DNA of 64,000 nucleotides from an uncultured Acidobacteriota bacterium (lineage in GTDB: Bacteria > Acidobacteriota > Thermoanaerobaculia > Multivoradales > JAHEKO01): positions 480,001 to 544,000 of the forward strand of contig CAVQNG010000025.1 in assembly GCA_963713825.1 (NCBI GenBank). The letters run 5' to 3'. This document shows, piece by piece, positions 38,141 to 46,852 of the stretch. How positions within the stretch are numbered: the first letter of the stretch is position 1; the number at the start of each line of letters is the position of its first letter. The translations under genes were made by a program, and so were the position numbers. The notes under the pieces were generated by a model. The model was not told where the DNA came from. It searched no databases and was given only the letters and a program-made list of their open reading frames with translations.

Positions 38141-38674
38141 ATGCTCAAGCTGATCGGTTATCCCGCGATCGTAGTCTCGAGCCTGAGTCTGGTGGCTAGT
38201 CTGGCGATTATCCTAGCTGCGCCCACCGGATGGATAGACTCCGAAGATGTGGTCCTCCTAGCCATGATCTTGAGCATCGTTGTTCCTGGAGGAGCCGCGA
38301 TTCTGATCGTCAATACGGAGTTCGAGAATCTGTCTCAGCGCCAAGTGATGAAGCTGAGCTGGGAGTTGTGTCCTCGCTGGATGCGGCTTCTGGGGAGGAT
38401 CCTGATTGCCATGGGTTTTCTAGCCTTCCTTGGAGAGGTTGCGGTAGGAGCCATTGGAACCTCCTCTGAAACCGAAGGTTCCACAGCTCTCTCCACGGGC
38501 GGTTTTGGACTCGTGATTCATGCGTGGGCAATCGTCTTGATCTATGGAGCAATGCAGTTGCAGGAGAATCTAGCCCGGTCTCGGTGCAAGTTCGGTCACG
38601 AGGTCCCGTTGGGTGCGAAGTTCTGTCCCGAGTGTGGTGAAAGAGCTAACCCAGAAGGCGCTCGACTCGAGTGA
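38141..38674 (+). CDS. 4-TM protein with C-terminal zinc ribbon
   Basis: GGAGG RBS; CKFGHEVPLGAKFCPECG. Confidence 0.75.
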   Translation: MLKLIGYPAIVVSSLSLVASLAIILAAPTGWIDSEDVVLLAMILSIVVPGGAAILIVNTEFENLSQRQVMKLSWELCPRWMRLLGRILIAMGFLAFLGEVAVGAIGTSSETEGSTALSTGGFGLVIHAWAIVLIYGAMQLQENLARSRCKFGHEVPLGAKFCPECGERANPEGARLE

Positions 38675-38749
38675 GTACTCAGGTCGAGTCAAGTCAATCG
38701 CACTACCCGAAGACGTGGCGACTGCTGAGCAGCGTCCCGTTAGGCTGTT

Positions 38750-39214
38750 GTGGAAATGGTCTCAGCTGAAGGTAGTCTCCAGCTTGACGCCACCACCCGG
38801 ATGGCGATTGGCTGCATTGTCGCGGCACTGGCATTCGAGTTGTTTGCGGTGGGCGCGATGGTCTGGCAAGAGTCCCAAGCCGTCGGCCTCCCAGTCTTGT
38901 TAGGCTGCGTTGGGGTACTCGGGATGGGAGTTCTCTTGGCCTCCGTTTGCAGCTTCTTGATCTGGTTTCATCGAGCTTACAGGCGCTTGGAAGTCCTCGA
39001 GGTGGGGAATCGTAGGTACTCCGCCACTTGGGCTGTTCTGGGGTGGTTCATTCCGTTTCTAAACTTGGTTCGTCCGTACCGCGTGGCCATCGAAATCTGG
39101 GAAAGGACGGACTCCTACTGCTGCCTGCAAGCGGGCGGGCCGGCAGCTCCGCCGGAAAGTACCCGGCGTGTGTGGAGCGCATTCATCCGCTCTGAACCCG
39201 GTCGGGGCTGGTGA
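38750..39214 (+). pseudogene. DUF4328-like membrane protein, apparently C-terminally truncated at repeat R2
   Basis: FLIWFHRAY..L, WAVLGWFIPFLNLVRPY..EIW signature; the frame then runs into R2 and stops. Confidence 0.6.
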
Positions 39215-39238
39215 AGGTGGGTGTGGGGTATGGGGCTC
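39151..39238 (+). repeat. 88-bp island repeat, copy R2
   Basis: Aligns without gaps to R1 and R3. Confidence 0.88.
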
Positions 39239-39584
39239 GGACCACCAGGCGCTCTGCTGTGCAACTAGGCAGCTGCTCTAGCGGGAATCCGAGAAGCGGC
39301 GAAAGAGAACGTGAGCCACCTCGGCGGCGGAGGGATTCGCATTCAGGGCCGCGACAAACGCTGGTGAGCCTCTGATACGGTGCCTGCCGGCAACGATCAT
39401 TTCCCGCCACGAGACAAGAAGCACTAGCCTGGCAGATCTTCTCGGGCAAGAGGGATGGTTGTTGGCTCTGTCGGGAGTCGTGGTTGTGGTCTAGCGAACC
39501 AGAAGTGGATCATGACGAGCACCCACCCAGTTGGGTAGTGCGTCGTAGTTGCTGATCTGGTAGTTATCAGTAGGAGCGAACTCG

Positions 39585-40970
39585 GTGAGCGTATCTTCTT
39601 TCTGCCAGCGGGTAACTAGTGGAGCAGTGAGAAATTATGCCCTCATCCTGCTGTCGTTTCTAATAGGGGCGCTGCTTCATGCTCAGGAGTCCATTCGTCT
39701 AGGCGACGAGTTCCAGGTCAACTCCTACACCCCGGGAAACCAATGGCGTTCCGATGTAGCAGTGGACGCCCAGAGCAACTTCGTGGTCGTCTGGCAAAGC
39801 CGAACGTCGCCCGGCACAGACGCGAGCTGCTACAGCATCCAGGCGCAGCGCTACGACTGCGATGGGACACCTGTCGGAGGACAGTTTCAGGTCAACTCCT
39901 ATACGACGAGCTGCCAGGAGATCCCCAGGGTGGCAACCGATCCACAGGGCAACTTCGTGGTTGTCTGGGAGAGCTATGGGTCGTACGGCTCGGACGCGAG
40001 CTACCACAGCATTCAGGCGCAAAAGTATGATGCCAACGGAACTCCTCTTGGGGGCCAGTTCCAGGTCAACTCCTACACCACCGGAAACCAATGGTGGTCC
40101 GATGTTGCAATGGACGCCCAGGGCAACTTCGTGGTGGTCTGGACAAGCTGGGGTTCCTTCGGCACAGACTCAAGCCCCGAGAGCATTCAAGCGCAGTACT
40201 ACGACTCCAGTGGCACGCCCGTGAGAGGAGAGTTTCAGGTCAATAGCTATACAACGTACAGCCAAATCCGACCCGCAGTGGCTGTCGACGCCCAGGGCAA
40301 CTTCGTGGTGGTCTGGGGCAGCTGGGGATCGTACGGCACAGACACAAACTTCTGGAACGTGCAGGGTCAGCGATTCACCGGCAAGGGCTTGGCTTTGGGT
40401 AGAGAGTTCCAGGTCAACAGCCTCAGTGAAGACATCCAAAACTCGCCCAGAGTGGCGGCGGGTGCGAACGGCAGCTTCGTTGTCGTCTGGAGAACAGACG
40501 GCGAGTCCCCCGGCACCGATTCCAGTGTCAGCAGTGTCCAGGGGCGGCGCTTCGACGCCAGTGGAAGAGCATTGGGTAGCCAGTTTCAGATTAACTCCTA
40601 CACCATTAACCGCCAGGAAGAAGCCGCAGTAGCCTTGGACACAGAGGGCAACTATGTGGTCGCCTGGGCGAGCTTGGGTTCGGATGGCACGGACACCAGT
40701 TCCTGGAGTGTCCAAGGTCAACGCTTCACCAGCAATGGCTCACCTCTGGGAGACGAGTTCCAGGTCAACAGCTACACCTCGATTCATCAGCGCCGCCCAG
40801 CTCTGGCTGTTGGACCAAACGGTACATTCGTGGTCGTATGGGAGAGCTATGGTTCGTACGGCACGGATACGAGCCAGGCCAGTATCCAGGCTCAGCTCTA
40901 CGCCACATCGATCTTCGCGGACGGCTTTGAGTCAGGGGATACGTCTGCATGGGACGACACCGTGCCCTAG
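39585..40970 (+). CDS. Secreted protein with seven ~58-aa repeats (probable beta-propeller) and C-terminal IFADGFESGD motif
   Basis: Signal peptide; 7 copies of [EQ]FQVNSYT..Q...VA.D..GNFVVVW; ends IFADGFESGDTSAWDDTVP. Start may be the GTG at 39628. Confidence 0.88.
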   Translation: MSVSSFCQRVTSGAVRNYALILLSFLIGALLHAQESIRLGDEFQVNSYTPGNQWRSDVAVDAQSNFVVVWQSRTSPGTDASCYSIQAQRYDCDGTPVGGQFQVNSYTTSCQEIPRVATDPQGNFVVVWESYGSYGSDASYHSIQAQKYDANGTPLGGQFQVNSYTTGNQWWSDVAMDAQGNFVVVWTSWGSFGTDSSPESIQAQYYDSSGTPVRGEFQVNSYTTYSQIRPAVAVDAQGNFVVVWGSWGSYGTDTNFWNVQGQRFTGKGLALGREFQVNSLSEDIQNSPRVAAGANGSFVVVWRTDGESPGTDSSVSSVQGRRFDASGRALGSQFQINSYTINRQEEAAVALDTEGNYVVAWASLGSDGTDTSSWSVQGQRFTSNGSPLGDEFQVNSYTSIHQRRPALAVGPNGTFVVVWESYGSYGTDTSQASIQAQLYATSIFADGFESGDTSAWDDTVP

Positions 40971-41057
40971 CCGGCGAATACCCGGCGCGTGTGGAGCCCA
41001 CTCATTCACAACTACCCCTGTGGGGGCTGGCCAAGGTGGGTGTGGGGTGGAGGGCAC
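40970..41057 (+). repeat. 88-bp island repeat, copy R3
   Basis: Begins at the last base of the upstream TAG stop codon. Confidence 0.88.
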
Positions 41058-41059
41058 GC

Positions 41060-41690
41060 GTGAATCGCCAGAGGTTGGCCAGCGAGACCCTGCCTTGCTA
41101 GCTATACATTGCGAATATGTCGCAGATCTCTGCAAGGTGCTGTCTCACAGTAACTTACGTGCGTTACCGCTGTCTCAGATACTGCAAAGTACCCTGGTTT
41201 AGCCTACTCCCAGGAGTCCTCCAGAGCGGGCAGGAGGCAGAGAGAGGGAGAGGAAATCCCAATAGGCAAGGCTGGTGGCAGGCGGGGCGAGTGTTGACTG
41301 TTTGTAGTCCCAGCACTCCGAACGGCATCACGAAGCAGCGCACTCCGAGACACGCCTTGGGGGCGTGCTCGGTATTCTGCTGGCTAGCGGGATGCTCCCG
41401 AAGAGCGTTCTCAGTCAGCCGATAACTAGCCCAATTTGAATTGGGCTGAATCGGCTGCTAGCCAGATCCTCTAGTGGAAGGATTCGTAAGAGGTCCTAGA
41501 AAGTATCCTAGGCATATGAGCCCTGACTGCGCCCCAGCTCTGGGGGGTTGAATCCCCCAAGTCTGGGGCGCAGGAGGTGAGTGAGAGGGTAGAGCTGAAG
41601 GGTATAGATTGCTACTCTTCTAACCTCCTTCTAAGCCCTCTATACCTCCCCAGTTCCCCCCTCTTAGCACGAAGTGCCCCACCCCTCCAT
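41060..41690. other. Putative replication origin of the element (non-coding, hairpin-rich, downstream of rep)
   Basis: Hairpins CAGCCGAT..AGCCCAATT-TG-AATTGGGCT..ATCGGCTG and CTGCGCCCCAG..GGGGG-TTGAAT-CCCCC..CTGGGGCGCAG; purine and pyrimidine tracts. Confidence 0.5.
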
Positions 41691-43172
41691 TTACTGATTT
41701 TCTGTTCTTATCCCTAGGCTCTCCAAGTCTCTTCGAACGGTTCTCGGGTGGCTGCCGATCGCCGCTGCCAGCTGTCTCAGCGAGAAGGGCAGGGGGTCAC
41801 CGTGAGTCTCGGCGAGATGTTCAAGTGCCTCGTGTCGCCGCCGCTGCTCCAGCTTCCTTTTGCCCTTCTCAGGCCTATACTCAAAGTCGGGCCGAATGCT
41901 GAGCAGTTCAAGATTGTCGGCTTCCTCAACAGTGACCCCCAGGAGCCTGGCGACGGTCTTGTTCCTAGGCGGGTTCAGGTTTGAGAGTCCGCTTTTCATC
42001 TGAGTTCGCGCTTCATGCGGTGCCATCTCAGGATGGCAATGCTCTGCGATTTTCAGTACCTCTCTCTCGATCGCTTCGTCGGGGTACCCGATACCGCGCA
42101 GTATCGTGGCTGCTAGGTAACACGCATGCCGACGAGTACCCTGAGAGAACCCGCCTCTCGCGTAGCGGATGATCTGAAACTCTACCCACAGGCGTTCATA
42201 CCTGGCCTTTTGCGCCTTGCGCTTGGGTGCGAGCTGGGCGATCTCCTGGTCCGTTTTTTTCGGCCTTGGCCGTGGCGGCTTCTTTCTGACTTCTGGCTCT
42301 TTCTCAAGACCCAGGTACTCCCGTAATTCCTCCAATGTGTAGCTGGCGGGGAATCCGCTGTCCTCGAGGTAGACGAAGTACTCAACAGGCAACCCGACCT
42401 TGGAGTTGATACTCCCGGCAACTCGCTGATGAGTCGTCACCTTGACAGGATCCTCGTCGGGTTCAAGCTCAGGGCGAGTGGCATTCAACCTTGCGACTAG
42501 AGCCAGATTGATTCGTTCCTGAAGTCTCCTATTGCGATACCAAGCCTTTGGCGGCGATGTACCCAGCTGTCCCTGAATCAGCCTCGCTAGTTCGAGCGCA
42601 GGTGGATCACTCTCATCGACAAGAAACCAGTAGGGGCGGACTCCACGCCCAGTGCGCTCGATGGCCGAGATCGGAGGCACCAGTCTTTCGGATTCCAGTC
42701 CCTTTAAATACCCCATGGCTGTCGTGAAATCCAGCTGTTCGCAATCGCAATCTACCCAAACCGCTGTCAGACGGTGATAGCTTTTCTCCGTGGGCCATGG
42801 CCTCGGACCGTAGACAGTGTTGATGGATACGTAGGCGTCAGTCTTCAGCTGATTGATCACGGGCTGCCATGTGATCACGTACTCCAGGCGCTCAAGTGGC
42901 ACCGAGCCTCTGAACCGACCTGCGTACAGAAACCGTGGTTGGTCGTCAGTCTTTCTCCAGAAGTGAACATAGCGACCACCAAAGTCCAGATTCCAGCGGT
43001 TGCTGTGGAAGTACTTGAGGTGCCCAACACTTAGCCCTTCAGCGCCAAAATGCAGCTCCTTCTTCAATAGTTGCCTCCCCCATGTGGGCCAGAAACAGTC
43101 TCTAGACAGCCCTGTAATCGCCCGTATTTGGCCTCTGTCGGACGTTCCCTCTAAACCCGAACATCCGCTCAT
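41691..43172 (-). CDS. Replication initiator: AEP primase-like domain, PriCT-1-like domain and C-terminal HTH (start uncertain)
   Basis: AYVSIN, AVWVDCD (hhhDhD), TGRGVRPYW, QRVAGSINSK; GTRRHACYLAA..G...PEMAPHE (PriCT-like); SLRQLAAAIGSHPRTVRRDL (HTH). Confidence 0.78.
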   Translation of the reverse strand: MSGCSGLEGTSDRGQIRAITGLSRDCFWPTWGRQLLKKELHFGAEGLSVGHLKYFHSNRWNLDFGGRYVHFWRKTDDQPRFLYAGRFRGSVPLERLEYVITWQPVINQLKTDAYVSINTVYGPRPWPTEKSYHRLTAVWVDCDCEQLDFTTAMGYLKGLESERLVPPISAIERTGRGVRPYWFLVDESDPPALELARLIQGQLGTSPPKAWYRNRRLQERINLALVARLNATRPELEPDEDPVKVTTHQRVAGSINSKVGLPVEYFVYLEDSGFPASYTLEELREYLGLEKEPEVRKKPPRPRPKKTDQEIAQLAPKRKAQKARYERLWVEFQIIRYARGGFSQGTRRHACYLAATILRGIGYPDEAIEREVLKIAEHCHPEMAPHEARTQMKSGLSNLNPPRNKTVARLLGVTVEEADNLELLSIRPDFEYRPEKGKRKLEQRRRHEALEHLAETHGDPLPFSLRQLAAAIGSHPRTVRRDLESLGIRTENQ

Positions 43173-44208
43173 TCATGCGGCTCACTACCTTGGTCGTGTG
43201 CTGATCGGACAGGTGACTGTACCTCTTAACTACTGCCAGGGTCTTGTGTCCGAGAACCTCGGCGATCTCGGCGAGGGTGGCACCGCTCATGGCGAGATAT
43301 GAGGCAGCCGTGTGGCGGAGATCGTGAAAGCGGAAGTCGTCGATTCGAGCCTTTCTGAGAGCGCGCTCCCATGCCTTTCTCGGGAAAGTCGCTTTTCCGC
43401 CTGGAGCAGGGAAAACGAGGTCGGTGTCCATCCGTCTGACCTTTCTCATCTCGCGAAGCAGCTCCGCCGCGTAGCCGGTCACGGGAACCGCCCTCCGTTC
43501 ACCGTTCTTGGTGTGATGGATGATAGCCAGGCCACGGCTGCTGTCTATGTCATTCCAACAGAGCCCGAGAAGCTCACTCTGACGGGCACCCGTGGAGAGA
43601 GCCAAGACCACTAGAGGATAGAGTCTCCGCTCACTGCTGCTTCGACAAGATGCGAGTAGTTGGTCTCTCTCGTAGTCGGACAGAAACCGTACTCGCCCGC
43701 GAGGCTCGCGCTCTCTGGACACGGATCTGACAGGGTTGGTCCCTGTCCAGCCCACTTCTCTGATTGCGAAGGTGAAGGCGTGAGAGAGCGCTGCAAGGTA
43801 TCGATTCACCGTGCCAGCTGCCCTTCGTGTTCCCTTCGGAGTCAGACCTCTGGAGAGTACCTTCTTTCGGCTCGCTACCAGCTCGGGTGTTACATGCGCC
43901 AAGCAGTAACCTCCGAGCTGGGCCTTCCACCAGAGCAGCTGAGCCCTTTGAACCCGAATGCTTGCCGGTTTGCCCGGCATGGCTTCGACAAGGTAAAGGT
44001 CTACCAGCTCGCCAAGCGTACGGCGCTGAGCTTGGCTAGTCCTGAGGTACCGCCCTTCCCGAATCCCGGTCTCTGTCTGCTCTGCCCACTGCTTGGCGAG
44101 ACTCTTCTTTTGAAAGGTCGCTGTCTGAGGGGGAAACCCCTTAATACGAACTCGAGCCCGGTAGCTGATGGTCCCTGTTTTCGATATCCTGCGTTGAATG
44201 GTGGCCAC
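43102..44208 (-). CDS. Tyrosine recombinase / site-specific integrase
   Basis: GAGGAGG RBS plus GTG; N-terminal arm-binding-like YRARVR; catalytic R (TGARQSE), K (TKNG), HDLRH, LGH, RY. Confidence 0.95.
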   Translation of the reverse strand: MATIQRRISKTGTISYRARVRIKGFPPQTATFQKKSLAKQWAEQTETGIREGRYLRTSQAQRRTLGELVDLYLVEAMPGKPASIRVQRAQLLWWKAQLGGYCLAHVTPELVASRKKVLSRGLTPKGTRRAAGTVNRYLAALSHAFTFAIREVGWTGTNPVRSVSREREPRGRVRFLSDYERDQLLASCRSSSERRLYPLVVLALSTGARQSELLGLCWNDIDSSRGLAIIHHTKNGERRAVPVTGYAAELLREMRKVRRMDTDLVFPAPGGKATFPRKAWERALRKARIDDFRFHDLRHTAASYLAMSGATLAEIAEVLGHKTLAVVKRYSHLSDQHTTKVVSRMNERMFGFRGNVRQRPNTGDYRAV

Positions 44209-44259
44209 GGAGACCTCCTCTTGGGTCTGTGGTCCACGGGTTGTCCAACGAGGAGGAAG

Positions 44260-44487
44260 ATTGTCGGTAACGATCCCTGCCCTGCAACGCGGCAGCAGTG
44301 CCCTGATCGTGACTGCCAGCAGTGCGATTGGCACAGCCGAGATCAAGCAACTACTGTAGGTAGAATAGCTTCGGATCTTCCCTCTCGCACTTGACGCGAG
44401 AGCGTGTATAATCCCCCGTTCGAGGGCCGCTAGCTCAACTGGCAGAGCAGCAGACTCTTAATCTGCGGGTTCGGGGTTCGAGTCCCT
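44260..44487 (+). repeat. attR: 228-bp direct repeat (copy 2)
   Basis: Copy of 32027-32254: 3' end of the upstream host gene, CTCTCGC/GCGAGAG hairpin, TATAAT and the 5' 64 nt of tRNA-Lys. Confidence 0.95.
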
Positions 44488-44499
44488 GGCGGCTCACCA
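44424..44499 (+). tRNA. tRNA-Lys(CTT)
   Basis: GGGCCGC/GCGGCTC acceptor stem, GCAGA-CTCTTAA-TCTGC anticodon arm, GTTCGAG T-loop, CCA end. Confidence 0.97.
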
Positions 44500-44553
44500 G
44501 CCTTTTCAATCTCTCCCCGGTGCATCAGCATCGCCTAGCCGGAAGAGTTCGGT

Positions 44554-44639
44554 GCGAAAGTGGCGGAATTGGTAGACGCGCTAGACTTAGGATCTAGTCC
44601 CGTAAAGGGGTGGGGGTTCGAGTCCCCCCTTTCGCACCA
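44554..44639 (+). tRNA. tRNA-Leu(TAG)
   Basis: GCGAAAG/CTTTCGC acceptor stem, CTAGA-CTTAGGA-TCTAG anticodon arm, long variable arm, CCA end. Confidence 0.97.
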
Positions 44640-44694
44640 TATCGTCATTCCACGAACCCACTCATAGTATGGCCAGAAAGGACCTTCTGCTCCC

Positions 44695-46002
44695 GTGAGC
44701 GTAGTGCTATCCATCGAAGACGTCGGGCCCTGTCGTAAGCAGCTCAAGGTCGAGGTACCCGCACCGGCGGTAGAGGCCGAGTCGAAGCGTGTTGTCGAGG
44801 AGTATCGAAAGCACGCCAAGTTGCCAGGCTTCCGCCAAGGCAAGGTGCCGACAGAGTTGGTGAAACAGAAGTTCCACAAAGAAATCGAGCAGGATGTTGT
44901 CGAGCGACTCCTGCCCCGGTACTGGAAACAGGCCGAGGCCGAGAGCGAGCTGGATCCCCTGTTGCCTCCGAGCGTCGACGAGGTCGACTACCAACCCGGT
45001 GCCCCCCTGACCTTCGTAGCATCGGTCGAGACTCGACCCGAGATCGAGCTGGGGAGCCTCGAGGACTTCGAGCTACCGGATTTCGAGACCGAGCCCACCG
45101 AGGAGGAGATCGGGCAAGCGCTCGAGGACATGCGACGAGCCGTCGCCGAGTGGGTGGCAGCAGACAGGCCGGCCGCGACCGGTGATCTGGTTGCAGGCCA
45201 GCTGGCCCAGCTCGACCCGGAGAGCGGCGAGCCTGGAGCCGAGAAGCCCTTCAGCTTCGAGGTGGGCGATCCTCAGGTATGGGAAGAGCTCACTTTGGAA
45301 GTCACAGGCAAGCAGGCCGGCCAACAGGCCGATTTCTTCCGCCAGGAGGGCGAAGGGGACGATGCGGTCTCACGCCGCTTCCGGGTCAAGGTCGAGGCGG
45401 TTCGCGAGCGGGATCTCCCCGCATTGGATGATTCGTTGGCGGCCCAGTTCGGCGACTATGCAGACGTGGACGCGCTGCGACAGGGAGTGCGAGGGGAGCT
45501 CAGGCGCGGCAAAGCGTCGGAGCGCAGTCAGCAGCGTGAACGGGCGATGCTGGACCAGCTGCTCGAGCGTCACCCCTTCGAACTGCCACAGGGAGTCGTG
45601 GACAACGAGATCGAGGGTATGCTCAAGGAGTACGCCCAGAGTCTGGCCGGGCAAGGGGTCGATTTGGAGAACGCCGATCTCGATTGGCCTACCATGGCCG
45701 AACAGATCCGGCCGCAGGCCGAGCGCCGGGTCCACGCTCGACTGCTGCTCGATGCCATCACTTCCCATCAGAAGATCGAAGTCGGTGAAGAGGACTTCGA
45801 GGCCGCGTTGGCCGCCATCGGCAGGGCTCAGGGGCGAAGCGCAGTCAGTGTTCGGCAGGCTCTGGACAAGTCTGGCAACCTGATCGGCTTCAGGGCTCAA
45901 TTGGCCAGGGAGAAGGCCATCAAGAGTCTCCTCGGCGAAGAATCGGTCGAGCCGACACCCGAGAGTGGGGAGCCCGAGACCGAATCCGAGAACGAAGGTT
46001 GA
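44695..46002 (+). CDS. tig: Trigger factor
   Basis: [10 protein letters not shown] ribosome-binding signature; tRNA-Leu-tig-clpP-clpX-lon synteny. Confidence 0.94.
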   Translation: MSVVLSIEDVGPCRKQLKVEVPAPAVEAESKRVVEEYRKHAKLPGFRQGKVPTELVKQKFHKEIEQDVVERLLPRYWKQAEAESELDPLLPPSVDEVDYQPGAPLTFVASVETRPEIELGSLEDFELPDFETEPTEEEIGQALEDMRRAVAEWVAADRPAATGDLVAGQLAQLDPESGEPGAEKPFSFEVGDPQVWEELTLEVTGKQAGQQADFFRQEGEGDDAVSRRFRVKVEAVRERDLPALDDSLAAQFGDYADVDALRQGVRGELRRGKASERSQQRERAMLDQLLERHPFELPQGVVDNEIEGMLKEYAQSLAGQGVDLENADLDWPTMAEQIRPQAERRVHARLLLDAITSHQKIEVGEEDFEAALAAIGRAQGRSAVSVRQALDKSGNLIGFRAQLAREKAIKSLLGEESVEPTPESGEPETESENEG

Positions 46003-46022
46003 CTGGTACGGAGTCGAAAACG

Positions 46023-46613
46023 ATGCTGATTCCCATGGTCGTAGAACAGACGAATCGGGGCGAGCGAGCCTACGACATCTACTCGCGTCTGCTGAAAGAC
46101 AACATTATCTTTCTAGGTCGTCCTATCGATGACGATGTCTCCAATCTGGTCATCGCCCAGATGCTCTTTCTCGAGGCAGAGAACCCGGAGAAGGACATCG
46201 CTCTCTATGTCAACTCGCCTGGGGGTTCAATTACCGCCGGGCTGGCAATCTACGACACGATGCAATACATCAAGCCCGACGTCTCCACGCTTTGCGTCGG
46301 GCAGGCGGCATCGATGGCAGCAGTTCTCCTGGCGGCAGGTACCAAGGGTAAGAGGTCGGTCCTGCCCAACAGCCGAGTTCTGATTCATCAGCCGCTCCTG
46401 TACGGGTTGCAGGGCCAGCAGACGGACATCGACATTCACGCCAAAGACCTCTTGCGCATGCGCGAGAAGATCGAGGAGATTCTGGCTCAGCACACCGGCA
46501 AAACGATCGAAGAGATTCACCACGACACCGAGCGAGACAAGATTCTGGCGGCACCTGATGCCGTGGAGTACGGCCTCGCCGATCAGGTCATGGATCGTCG
46601 GCCAGCCTTCTGA
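46023..46613 (+). CDS. clpP: ATP-dependent Clp protease proteolytic subunit
   Basis: [38 protein letters not shown]. Alternative TTG start at 45999. Confidence 0.97.
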   Translation: MLIPMVVEQTNRGERAYDIYSRLLKDNIIFLGRPIDDDVSNLVIAQMLFLEAENPEKDIALYVNSPGGSITAGLAIYDTMQYIKPDVSTLCVGQAASMAAVLLAAGTKGKRSVLPNSRVLIHQPLLYGLQGQQTDIDIHAKDLLRMREKIEEILAQHTGKTIEEIHHDTERDKILAAPDAVEYGLADQVMDRRPAF

Positions 46614-46852
46614 TTTATAGCGAAATACGTTCTGATGCATAAGGAGATTTCGCTTCGATCTGCTATCATTCTCTCAGAAGAAGCACGGCGGCAAGCCCAT
46701 CTGCCGCGGCGCTCTGCGATCGTTTGTGCAGACGTTGGTGGCATGGAATAGGGAGTTGAGATCGGATTGTTGTGGAGAGTAACTACTGATGCGAGCTAGA
46801 GCCCATCGTGGCTCGGGTCATCGGAGCCAGCAAGCCGTTTCTTGGAGGATTG

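Larger units (their letters stand above)
32027..44487. mobile_element. 12,233-bp integrative element (integrase, Rep, RHH and cargo) inserted at tRNA-Lys
   Basis: Flanking 228-bp direct repeats offset by 12,233 bp; tyrosine integrase next to attR; replication initiator; visibly more AT-rich than the flanks. Confidence 0.92.

Noticed and set aside
35056-41057. 88-bp repeats as integron attC sites, CRISPR repeats or shufflon sites
   Set aside because: No RYYYAAC...GTTRRRY ends or long attC palindrome, and no IntI-type insertion is evident in the integrase. Spacing is kilobases with no cas genes. All copies are direct, so they cannot drive inversion.
32255-44259. Prophage, PICI or ICE assignment for the island
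   Set aside because: No structural, packaging, helicase, relaxase or T4SS genes are recognisable.
44209-44346. 46-aa N-terminal extension of the integrase ORF
   Set aside because: It is largely the antisense of the duplicated host-gene fragment; a strong GAGGAGG RBS supports the GTG at 44208.
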